Origin: Octopus sinensis | Taxonomy: Eukaryota | DNA length: 64,000 bases | Direction: 5' to 3' | Assembly (NCBI RefSeq): GCF_006345805.1 | Contig: NC_043013.1 | Span: 36,084,001-36,148,000, forward strand | Translations under genes and position numbers: made by a program | The notes under the pieces: generated by a model | Seen by the model: only the letters and a program-made list of their open reading frames with translations | Databases searched by the model: none | What the model was told of the DNA's origin: nothing | In this document: positions 25,391 through 37,245 of the stretch, one piece after another | Position numbering within the stretch: position 1 is the first letter of the stretch | How the letters are laid out: each line of letters begins with the position of its first letter

Positions 25391-25499
25391 GCTTTGGAAT
25401 TTACAAAAGAAACGAAAAAAAGACTAAGAGGGGTGTGTAAACAGCAAACAGGTTTATTAGTTTAACGCTCCGGACTTAGGAGAGAAGAGCAGATGCCAA

Positions 25500-25880
25500 C
25501 TCGGGATTCGCGGTTGCTTTCGGACAATACACAAGGCATCTATTTTCCAAGTTTAGGAATCTTACCACGTTGTTGAAGATGACGATGAACTGTTGTATGG
25601 TTTGGACTAAGCTTTATTGCCAATTCTTCAACTGATAATGACGGATTTTCTTCAAGTAATGCCTCAAGGAGCTTATCATCAAACTCAACTGGACTACCTG
25701 TTCGATATTCATCTTCAAATTTGCAAACGATCTCCTGCAAGTTCTTTCATTCGAGCACTTTCCCATAAACTGAGTGTATGCTTCGAGTCACTTCGGCTGC
25801 AGAGTTACCTTTATTGTACTCATAAAGAATTATATGTGCCTTAAATGCTCCTTGGATACTTCTATGTTGAAAGGGTTTTA
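25500..25880 (-). mobile_element. Mariner transposase N-terminal (HTH) fragment
   Basis: KEHLRHIILYEYNKGNSAAEVTRSIHSVYG.. then FEDEYRTGSPVEFDDKLLEALLEENP..HTTVHRHL..GKIPKLGK. Confidence 0.8.
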
Positions 25881-25895
25881 ATCAAAGCAATTTTA

Positions 25896-27187
25896 GGGTG
25901 TCCACGAAGTCTGGGTTTATGGAATAAAATCATAACATAAACAAATAAATATCAGAAATAATAATTTTCCTTTTTTACTTTTGTTTAAATTAAATTTAAA
26001 AAATACTTTACTTCTGTAAATTTATTTGTTATTTTTTCTACAGATGATCGAATGATGGCTCTGTCTAAAGAAGAAAGAATCCCAGATCGAATGATGAATC
26101 TGTCTAAAGAAGAACGAATCGAGTTAGTATTATTATTAAGTGGACGAGAGGGATGGTCTTATCCCAAAATTGCGGAAGAATTTAATCTTCAACACCCTTA
26201 TAGGCAACCTATTTATTTTACTGCCGTTAGGAAATTGATCAAGAAATTTAAAGAAACAGGCAGTGTTTTGGGCGACCGAAGACTTCAGATGAAACTAAAG
26301 AGGCTGTCGAGGCTAAAGTTTCTGCTAGCCCAAAGAAATCACTTCGTCGGACATCCACGGTGTTAGGTGTTCCAAAACCAACCATCCACAAAATGCTGGT
26401 TGAGGAAAAGTTTCATCGATACAACCTACAGATATTGCATCACTTAAATGAAGACGATCCTGATAGACGAATGTAGACGTGCGAATGGTTTTCAGATAAA
26501 TTGGATGAAAATATCAATTTTACGAAAAACTTTGTGTTGTTCAGTGACAAAGCTACGTTTTATGTAAATGGTGAGGTCAACAGACAGAATCTTCTATACC
26601 GGTCTCGAGGTAATCCACATTGGATGGATCTATCCAAACAGCAAGGCAGCAAAAAGGTGATGGTTTGGTGTGGTTTTTGGAAAGCTCATGTTCTAGGACC
26701 CTTCTTCATTGAACATGTAACGGATGAGACTTATGCAAATATATTGAGAGACATATTAATATCTTAAATTGAGCGCCTAGGCGAGGGCCTTCCGAATTGG
26801 TTTTGCCACAACTGTTAGAGATTGGCTTAATGACACTTTTCCTTACTAGATTGGAAGAAGGGGTCATATGGAATGGTCCCCTCGTTCACCAGACCTTTCT
26901 CCCCTTGATTTCTTTTTCTGGGGTATGTTGAAAGAGAAAGTTTGCTCAATAAAGATTACAGATTTAAAACACATGAAAGAACGCATTACCAGTCAGTGTG
27001 CTGAAATTGATGGCAATGTAGACTTATTTAATCAAGTTCACCTGAATGTTGCAAGGCGCATCAAGTTATGCATTGAAAATGATGGAAATCACTTTGAAAA
27101 TATTATTTATTAACATAATTAAATAAAATTGTTTTGTTTTAAAAGTATGTGTTAATCCCCATGTACGCAGACTTTGTGGACACCGTC
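25896..27187 (+). mobile_element. Full-length but inactivated Tc1/mariner-superfamily element (maT DD37D- or DD41D-like)
   Basis: TIRs GGTGTCCACGAAGTCTGGGTTTATGG and GGTGTCCACAAAGTCTGCGTACATGG (reverse complement), TA flanks. Frameshifted transposase with KFKETGSV, FSDKATFYVNGEVNRQN, KVMVWCG, GPFFIE and WSPRSPDLSPLDFFFWG; second catalytic Asp region deleted. Confidence 0.9.
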
Positions 27188-28018
27188 TATTATTTTGTAA
27201 AACAATACTTAATTAGTTTAAACGTACACAAATGCATAAAAATAATTTTTAATTGAATTAGACATTTGCAAATACTATTAAATTTCATTCAAATCTTTAA
27301 AAAAAGGTGAAATTTGACAGAACTGACTGGATGACTTGATATATATAATCTATGATATTCTAGTAGATTTCAAGTTTATAACACCTTGATATCTCATGTT
27401 ATCTCATTTTATATGCCTAAGACGTTTATTTTTTATTTTGGTTTTTATATATTTCTATACATTATATTTATATCTATAATTTATTTTAAGCCGAAACATA
27501 ATACGATCCTTGTACAACGAAAGAACAAGAATGTCCTCTGGAACTTTCATCTTCCACCGGTGTTTGTAATCGATGGTGACATGTACGATGATTTTGCGAT
27601 TATCTTATATTTTACAGAGAAATTGGAAGCCCCGAATGTAAGTCAGCACTTTATGCATAATTCAATATTTATAGTTCTCTATTTCTAACAGAAATTATGT
27701 CCTCAATAATTATAGATCTATTTCTAAATGTAATTCTTTTTCTTCTCGTTCATGCATTCTTGTCTGTCTCTTGACAAAGCTTTCTTTCTCCAGCGTTCAC
27801 CACTTCCCCTCGTTAGGGTTAAACAGCCCTTACCGAATGTTTTCACTGTCCTGTTTTTGTTAGCAGTTTTGACGTTCCACATATCTCAAATTTTGTTTAA
27901 TTTGCTTTGGGGGAGCAATTGCTTTGACGAAAACGCAACTTGTTGCAATGTGGAGTAGGTAAAACTGCCAACAACTGAGGGAGGGCTATTTTTTTATGCT
28001 GCCTTCGCGCTATAGTTC

Positions 28019-28349
28019 TCTATATATAATTAAAATTCTTTCTTTCCTCTCCTTCAGAAGCCAAGCCAAGCCAAGCCAAGCCATTTATAACGGTAACACC
28101 AATGCCATAGCCTTGGACAGTGAGCCCAATGGCGCTCAGTGTGGTGTCGTAGCCTTGGATAGTGAGTCCAATGGCGCCCAGAGCGAGCCCATGACACTCT
28201 TTGGACCCTAAGTAAGGCATGTGTAAAATTTGAACGAAATTGGTTGTGTAGTTCTCGAGTTTTAGGGAAACACACAGACAGGCAGACACACATTCTCAGT
28301 TTTATATATATAGCATTAAAGACCCGTCGTTGCCGGGTCATAGTGCTAG
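28019..28349 (+). mobile_element. Non-autonomous Helitron/HINE-like mini-element
   Basis: 5' TCTATATATA; (GCCAA)5; ~1.8 copies of a 42-bp unit (28108-28183); inverted TTTTATATATATAG near the 3' end; GACCCG/CGGGTC hairpin (28321-28339) followed by CTAG|T. Confidence 0.6.
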
Positions 28350-29238
28350 TGCATGTATATATGTGTATATATATGTATACATATTACATGTACATCTATA
28401 TATATACATCTACACATAAAATACAAAATACAAAGTTATATCTTGATATCGCTAGTGATAACAATACTCAAAATATATAACAGACTGGAATTGTTAGCCC
28501 GTCTCTTGCAATTTCGATCAATTGTATCTTGTCCTCCCTCTTGTATAGAAGTGTGGCTACAATCCAGCCTACCTCTACTTTTGGGGGGACAATTTTTATC
28601 CAGGACGTCCTACGTCCCAGATATAAAGGTAAAAATAAAATATTTCCACTTTGCAAGTTCGAGTCGAGTACTCCCTTGCACGCTCCGTTGACTCGAACCT
28701 TGCTTCTATTGTGGCGAATTTACCGCCTCTGGTTAGATATCTTTCATAGTCGCACCAAGACACTTTTCGAAGGTGCTTTCCTCCAGGTGTTCAAATCTTC
28801 TTTTTTCTCTACATTGTATGTTTTATAGACAATAGTCTTTTCTTTAATTTAATTTGTTATTATCCATCTGGACTATTCCATTTCTGCACGCTAATTTTAT
28901 TTTTAATTTATTCCCATTCATGTGAAACCACTTATTCAAGTTCAAGTCATTGATGCAATTTTATACCAATTGCTATTTTTACTTTTGTTATGTTACGAAT
29001 TAATTATTATATTATACTTTAGTTTGGTTTTAATTATTACTTACTACATATAACTCAATTATTATTATTATCTCTAATTATTATTGTTAAAATGAAATAT
29101 CTGACATAAAATAGAGAAATGTTTTTGTTTTATTTTTAACACGTAATACTGAAATAGTGGAGAAGATATGATATTGCTATAGGCTCGCCCTAGGCAAGAA
29201 GTTGAACATTTTTTTCTGCCCATCAAACTACATGGACG

Positions 29239-29345
29239 CTAAGTAAAGCATGTGTAAAATTTGAATGAAATTGGTTGTGTAGTTCTCAAGTTTTACGGAA
29301 ACAGACAGACACACATTCTCAGTTTTATATATATATATATAAGAT
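29239..29345. mobile_element. Second copy of the Helitron-like terminal block (direct repeat of 28208-28312)
   Basis: CTAAGTAA.GCATGTGTAAAATTTGAA.GAAATTGGTTGTGTAGTTCTC..CACACATTCTCAGTTTTATATATA shared. Confidence 0.75.
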
Positions 29346-29588
29346 ATATATATGAAGAAGTTTGAAAATGCCACTATACAAGATAAATTTTAATTTTCTG
29401 AGAGATTTAACATGTTTCGGTTCTTTAACAAAACGAACCTTATCAAAAAAATATTTTAAAAAGTTAAGTGTTATAAAAGTTCATATTTATTTCTTACTAG
29501 TTTCAACAGAGTCCACGTGGTAGCGTTTTATGTGTGGGAACATAATGGCTGTCTTGTGCGTTGACTAGAATCGTTGGCTGTAGTAGTG

Positions 29589-29655
<67 letters not shown>

Positions 29656-29694
29656 ATTATTGTTACTGTTATGATTCCTTTATTAGCATTATTT

Positions 29695-29893
29695 AAGGCG
29701 GCGAGCTGGCAACAACGTTAGCACACCAGGTGAAAAGCTTAGTGATATTTCTTCTGTCTTTATGTTCTGAGTTCAAATTCTGCCGAGATCGACTTTGCCT
29801 TTCATCCTTTTGGAGTCGATAAATACGTACCAGTTGTGCCTTGGGATCGATCTGCCCCTAAACTACTGGCCTTGTGCCAAAATTTGAAACTAG
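29695..29893 (+). mobile_element. SINE family B
   Basis: AAGGCGGCGAGCTGGCA head, GAGATCGACTTTGCCTTTCATCC core. Confidence 0.9.
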
Positions 29894-31039
29894 TAATACA
29901 AGGCAGAAAGATTATTTGCTACATTTGTTAAAGTAAAATGCACCTTTGAGCCGAAAGTCGAGAAGAACTGGAAAGACTGAAGAAAATCAAGGAAAATGAA
30001 CCCCTGCTTCCAGTGTACCACCAATTACAACTTTGGGGGTAGTAAACGAAAGATCTTCAAGCCAAGTATCACAAGTTGATGAGTTCTTACCTCGTCTGTT
30101 CCGTTAACAGTACCAAGCGGGGGTATCACACCCTCATCGTGTGAGGATGAAGAAATAATGATTACATTTGATAATTCCTTGTGAAAATACGAAGAGAAAT
30201 ACGAGGGGAAATATAGTAAAGAGAAGACCCGACATAGAACAACAGAAATAGATAAATAGGAACAATTTCTTACAATTGACGAAATCCTTCCTCAGGAAAG
30301 GGATGAAAAAAATGAAAAGAACAAAAATGAAATAAAATTTATCATTCTTCAATAATCAAGCAAACAGCTAATAGACAAAATTAAGTATCTCTGGTACAAC
30401 AAACATTCTGAAGAAGCTAGAATGGCGCAAAAACAATTATGTTCAGAATAAAACAACATGCAAGAGATAGATGACTATCAAAATTGAAATTAAGCTATTA
30501 TATCGAATTTTTATGGATAAAATCTTAAAGATGGGGGTTTTCATCACCAAATGTCTCCAAAAAATGCTCACTGGTGCATTTGGTTGCACTTGAAAACAAT
30601 TTGAGAATTTGTGAAGAGAATTGGTTCTGGAGTGCCTTAAACTCTACCTAATCATTAATATCTCGTGTTTTATTGTTTCTTTGTAAAAATGTGTATGTTT
30701 GTATATGTGTATATGTTCCTCTATGAGTATATTATTAAAATTTCTTAATGCTTAATAATTATTCCATATATTGTGTAGCTTCTCTTATTGCCTATTTTTA
30801 AAATGATTTATAAAATAGCTTCTTTGTCATGCTTCTCATTATACTTTCTTTCTTTGTAGCCCCTAAAGAGAGTTTCGCATCGTTTGTATCTTTTCTCACA
30901 TCCCCACTGTTCTGTTGAATCAAGGGTAGGAAAGCTGCAGCATTTCATTTAACAATGGAAAGCTTAAAATTTACTGCTAAATCATAGTCATTTAAGTTTC
31001 ATATATATATATGTGTGTGTGTGTAATATATATATATAT

Positions 31040-31093
<54 letters not shown>

Positions 31094-31096
<3 letters not shown>

Positions 31097-31692
31097 TATA
31101 AGAGGTAATGATGTCATTGGGACCCAAAGGTGTCAGGTAAAGTTGAATAAGTGCTATAGATGGATCGTAGATAAGTTCCAGGTTCGGTAATTATGCGAAT
31201 AAGGAGTTAAGCGTTGGTCATATGTCAGCGTGTGTATATAAAAAATATTTTTTCGTAATGAGATAAAAACCAAGGCTTTGTAGATTTTAGAATATTTAGA
31301 GATAGAAGGTCTTACAGCTGTTTCCAGGATATATATTATATCCCTTCATCGGAGATGGTGTGAGAGGAAGGTTAAGAAATAGTTAATTAGATAAGATATA
31401 AAATAGAGAGTGAGGTGGAGGAAATAAAAGAAAATAGATGTGAGATATGTAGGGATATTGCATTTGTAGACCCATCTTTTTAGTCAGAATGGTATACAAA
31501 TATATTTTATTTCTTCCATCTCACTCTCTATTTTATATCTTATCTAAATTAACTATTTCTTAACCATCCTTTCACACCGTCTCCGATGAAGGGATATAAT
31601 ATATATCCTGGAAATAGCTGTAAGAGCTTCTATCTATAAATGTTCTAATATCTACACAGACTTGTTTTTTCTTTTATCTCATTACGAAAAAA
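31094..31692. mobile_element. Penelope-type terminal repeat present as an inverted pair (arms 31248-31429 and 31505-31692), each with a hammerhead-like motif
   Basis: Arms are reverse complements. Motif (G/A)UCU-CCGAUGA-A-GGGAUAUA..UAUAUCCU-G-GAAA-(C/U)-AGCU-GUA-AGA(C/G) at 31309-31356 (-) and 31579-31626 (+). Confidence 0.65.
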
Positions 31693-31710
31693 AAATTATA
31701 TATATATAAT

Positions 31711-31923
31711 AATCGGTGGACCCGCGCAATTGTCGAGTGGTACCCGCGCAAGCGGAAACGACCATCCGGAAGGCCTCCAGGACGGTGGAGTTACGATTTC
31801 AGGAGGACGATTGGGATCACGTGGATGAGAAAGGCGCGATCCAGAGAGGAGTGGACAGCGTGCTGTGACCAGCTGTGTCAAATGGACGCCTGACGGACTG
31901 GTCGGTCAAGGTGATCAAGGTGA
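31711..31923 (+). mobile_element. RTE-clade LINE, extreme 3' fragment
   Basis: Open frame NRWTRAIVEWYPRKRKRPSGRPPGRWSYDFRRTIGITWMRKARSREEW..; short tandem tail (TCAAGGTGA)2; (TA)n on both sides. Confidence 0.85.
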
Positions 31924-31960
31924 TATATAATATATAATATAATATATATATATATATATA

Positions 31961-32006
<46 letters not shown>

Positions 32007-32031
32007 TATGTATATTATACATATATATATA

Positions 32032-32920
32032 GGAGTGAGTACCCAAAAGAAACTGGAATTTTGCAATATCATTTTATCCACTTAGCTTTGCATGTTTACA
32101 CTTTTATTGCCTTCTAACTATTCTCTATTGGAAGCAATGCATCGGTTCCGGTGCATTTCCCACTGTTGGGAGCAGTGTTGGAACTCTTGCGAAGTGATGC
32201 CTTTTAACACCTCTGTCACTTTTTTCTACGCCTCTTCCACATCTGCAAATTCTGTAACACCAGCTTTCGTCACCAGTGATGATTTTCGTAAAAAGGTCCA
32301 GCTCAACTTCATACTGTTCTTTCAGTTCATGTGACTGCTTTTGATTTTCTACGAGCAAGCAAAGGTACAAATTTTGCTGCATCTATTTTCATTTGCCATT
32401 CCTCACTCAAAATTCGTTGGCAGGAGCTTCAGGGCATATCAGCCATATCAACAAGTTCGTCAATTGTTCAGAGACAGTATCTTAGATCAGTTCATGAATT
32501 TTCATGAAGTTTTCATTTGTTTGGGTGATCGGCAGTCATCCTGAACGAGGCTGGTCTTCAAGTAATAAGTGATTATTCCTAGAGCATAAAAAGCACTCGT
32601 AAACTTGTATTTTGCTCAAGGCAGCGTCCTTGTAGCTGTTTGAAGCATGGCAATTGTTTCAGACACCATTTTCGCCAGCAGTAAACAGAATTTCATGGAA
32701 GCATGCTGTTCTTTCATTTCAGCCATTGCCAAAATCGACGAACAGGGGAGAAGCATTGCAAAACAAAGATACACAACATGGTAGGACAAATTCAGAGGAC
32801 ACTGCCGGTTGAATGACATAAATCAGGTTGCATCAAGTGGCTTCTGGTGGCAGAAGGCTGAACTACAATGGGCTTGTCCCACAGAGAACGTTTCCATTTA
32901 CCCTTGGGTACCCCCCGTCG
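32032..32920 (-). mobile_element. Internally deleted mariner (DD34D-type) element
   Basis: MAEMKEQHASMKFC.., LFTKIITGDESWCY joined directly to C-terminal ADVEEA..FQHCSQQWEMHRNRCIASN; weak TIRs, TA flanks. Confidence 0.8.
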
Positions 32921-32939
32921 TATATAATATGTATGTAAG

Positions 32940-32942
32940 CAT

Positions 32943-33009
<67 letters not shown>

Positions 33010-33190
33010 TATTATATATATAATATATATACATACATCGATATATGTGAGTTTCAGGGAAAATGCATGTATATAGATGTTCATATGAGCAACTGGACAA
33101 ATGAAAGAAAAGGGCACTCGACACCTTTAGTAAGAGTTACATACATACATACATACATATACATATATATATATATATATACATAACTAT

Positions 33191-33221
<31 letters not shown>

Positions 33222-33237
33222 AATATATATCTATCTA

Positions 33238-33271
<34 letters not shown>

Positions 33272-33541
33272 CATAAGTATATAAATGCATATATATAGAT
33301 ATTCATAGAGAGAGAGAGAGAAAGATTGTTAGATACATAGGTAAGTAGACAAATAATATTCAATGCATATTGGTATAAGGTATATATCTGTCAGAGTGTG
33401 TATCTTTATACCTTTATATGTATGTGTGTGTGTGTTTGTGTGAGTCTCTCTCTCTATATATATATAAATATAGATAGATAGATATTCATACATATAGAAA
33501 TTTGTATGGGATAATATATATGAAGGTATATATATATATAT

Positions 33542-33602
<61 letters not shown>

Positions 33603-33961
33603 GTATTTGTATGAGTCCATGTGTTTGTATGTGTCCATGTAAGCATGTGTGTGTGTTTATGACGAGGGATTAAGTAGATTAGATGGAGGTTCTGTAAGCA
33701 CTGTAGTGCCATGAAGAAAAGATACTACTCCTGAAGAATTCTGCTCATGTCAGAAGTTCTCCAAGAAAGCCATCAACGCTATGCCACAGAGGTTTGGTAA
33801 TGGAATTAATCCTTGCAAGGCAGAAGATAAATCATTGACAGGTTCATTCATAGTAGCCGAGTCTTTGAGAAATCACCAACAACGAATAACAGCAAGAACA
33901 ACACGAAGAACAACGATAACAAGACTATATTAAAAACATGCACAAATAAGAAGTCAGGAAG

Positions 33962-34001
<40 letters not shown>

Positions 34002-34629
34002 CATGTATGCATATGTGTGTATATATATGTGAATTTGTGTATATTTATATACATACATAGATATATATATATATACACACACAAACATATACACATGTGT
34101 GTATATATATATATATATATGTACATACCTTGAACCCCAATATATTAACATTTTTGTTTTATTACAATATATGCATACATGTATTTGTGTATGTAAATGT
34201 ACATATGAACATGTATACATATGTGTGTGTATATACATATATATCTATACATTTTGTATATATGTTTGTATGAATATATATATATATATATGCCCACGCA
34301 CACACATATACATATATATATATATGTGTATGTGTATAATGTATATAATCATGCACACACATATATGTATATATACTTATAGCGATGCGTTCCTTTTGGT
34401 CTTACCTTTCTCTGAGTAAAATATTCACTCATGCTCACACTCACATTGACACATAAGCACGGTCACCACACATAGTCACATAGACATGCATTGCAGATGT
34501 ATGCAAATTTACACATATGCATATGAGTACACAACATACACACACATATACATACATATACATTCATATACATGCATACATATATACATATGTTTGTATG
34601 TATGTATATATATATGTATATATGAATGC

Positions 34630-34661
<32 letters not shown>

Positions 34662-34707
34662 GTGTATATGTATGTATATATATATGTATATATGTATATG
34701 TATGTAT

Positions 34708-34750
<43 letters not shown>

Positions 34751-34782
34751 ATGTATGTATATATATATATGTATGTATATCC

Positions 34783-34848
<66 letters not shown>

Positions 34849-36030
34849 TTGTAAATGTATATACTTTACTTACATAAGCATAGGTACAGATATATAGAGA
34901 TAAGAAGAACCAAGTCTTCAGGGAGCACGGTTCCATTAAAAAGAAAAAGGTCTTGGAAGAAAGTTAATCTCTACCTTCACACAATTCAGTTGCAGTCTTC
35001 ATTTACTTCTTAAATAAACTCTTAAAAGCAATGAAAAGACTTAAAAAACAACAACAACAACAACAGCAGAAGTAACAACAAAAACAACTACAGCTACTAC
35101 ACATAAATAAATGAAATATTCCTCTCCCACCGTCTATTTTGCCAAAAAAAAAAAAAGATAAAAAGATGATGAAGACAGTTGCCAAAAAAAAAAAAAGATC
35201 CCCTGAAAAAATTACAAGTATCAAACATTTAAAGCAAAATGAAGGATGGAGAAAAAATGCATGAAAAATATTTGTAGCCATTCTATTGGTTTGTGTGTGT
35301 GTATACATATACATATATACATACACACATACACACATATATACATAGAGGGATAGATGCAATACATACATATATGTATATATATATACATATAAATATA
35401 CACATATATATATATATATATACCATATATATATATATTATATATATACAATACATATATATATATATATATATATATATTGTATGTATATGTATATATG
35501 TTTATATATATATACACATATATATATATACATATATATATATGTATGTATATGTATATATGTATATATATATACACATATATATATATATATATCTACA
35601 CACACATACAAGCATATATATATATATATACGTGTACTTAATATTTCTGTGATGTGCTGAAATGAAATACATTGAAAGAAATAAATGAAATTAGATGAAG
35701 TATGAAGAATGGGGGGGGGGCGGAAATAACGAAATAAGAATACAAACAGATAAATGCATAAAGAAATAAAATAGTAAAAAAAAATGAGGTTATAATAAAA
35801 GAATAGTGTAGAGTATATACATATATAATAAATATTGGTTAAAGTGCATTGAAGAATATGAATAATTTGAAAGTAGACACAGAAAAAGAGAGAGAGAGAG
35901 GGAGGTGAGAGAGTTAGACAGAGTGGGAGTGAGAGGGATAAGCAAGGAAAAAGAATAAAAAATGGACGTAGCAAAGTAATGCACACTGTCACACATGCAT
36001 ACATACATACACACATACACACACACACAT

Positions 36031-36069
<39 letters not shown>

Positions 36070-36141
36070 AATAGATAGATAGCTATGTATATATATATAT
36101 ATAAAATATACATATATAAATACATATTAGATATATATGTA

Positions 36142-36190
<49 letters not shown>

Positions 36191-36783
36191 TTATACATAT
36201 AATATATATGCATCCATACGTATAAGATTATATATATACGTATATATATACACCTATTACTCTTTTACTTGTTTCAGTCATTTGACTGCGGCCATGCTGG
36301 AGCACCGCCTTTAATCGAGCAACTCGACCCCGGGACTTATTCTTTTGTAAGCCCAGTACTTATTGTATCGGTCTCTTTTACCGAACCGCTAAGTTACGGG
36401 GACACAAACACACCAGCATCGGTTGTCAAGCAATGCTAGGGGGACAAACACAGACACACAAACACATATATACATATATACGACGGGCTTCTTTCAGTTT
36501 CCGTCTACCAAATCCACTCACAAGCTTTGGTCGGCCCGAGGCTATAGTAGAAGACACTTGCCCTAGGTGCCACGCAGTTGGACTGAACCCGGAACCATGT
36601 GGTTGGTTAGCAAGCTACTTACCACACAGCCACTTCTGCACCTATATATAACACACACGCATATATAAAATATACATATATACATACATATTAGATATAT
36701 ATGTATATATATGTATATATATATATATATATACATATACATATGATATATATGCATCCATAAGTATAAGATTATATATATAC

Positions 36784-36822
<39 letters not shown>

Positions 36823-37230
36823 CACCTATATATATAATATACATAGGTGCATACATACATTCATACAAGATATATATATATATATATATAATATATATAT
36901 ATAATATATATATATATTATATATATATATATATATATGTATATATTTATTTATATATCCATATATATATACAAACATACATATGTGTGTGTGTAGAAAT
37001 ATGCATAGATACATAAATACATGCATGTGTGTGTGTCTGTGTGTGTACAACCATACATAACACATAAATACGTTTACGCATAAAGTGCTTTGAACGAAAC
37101 TGTCGGTGTCCAAAGTAACTCCTATAGTATTATCAACGTATACACATATATTTACAGACATACATTTACACACATAAATGCTTATATGTATATATATATA
37201 CACACACTCACACACAGATACATATACACA
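32940..37230. repeat. Microsatellite fields ((TA)n, (CA)n, (TATG)n) with short unique islands
   Basis: Direct reading. Confidence 0.85.
36258..36641 (-). mobile_element. SINE family A, full length, young
   Basis: Near-consensus sequence. Confidence 0.95.
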
Positions 37231-37245
37231 CACATATAAACTTTC

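Noticed and set aside
27491-27960. Chain of small exon-like segments with 54-58-nt intron-like gaps (including AG|20 nt|GTAAGT at 27618-27637)
   Set aside because: Conceptual splicing gives an early stop or a low-complexity peptide with no recognisable family; likely chance signals in AT-rich DNA.
33700-33930. ~75-codon open stretch in a non-repetitive island
   Set aside because: No start codon or clear splice boundaries and no recognisable protein similarity.
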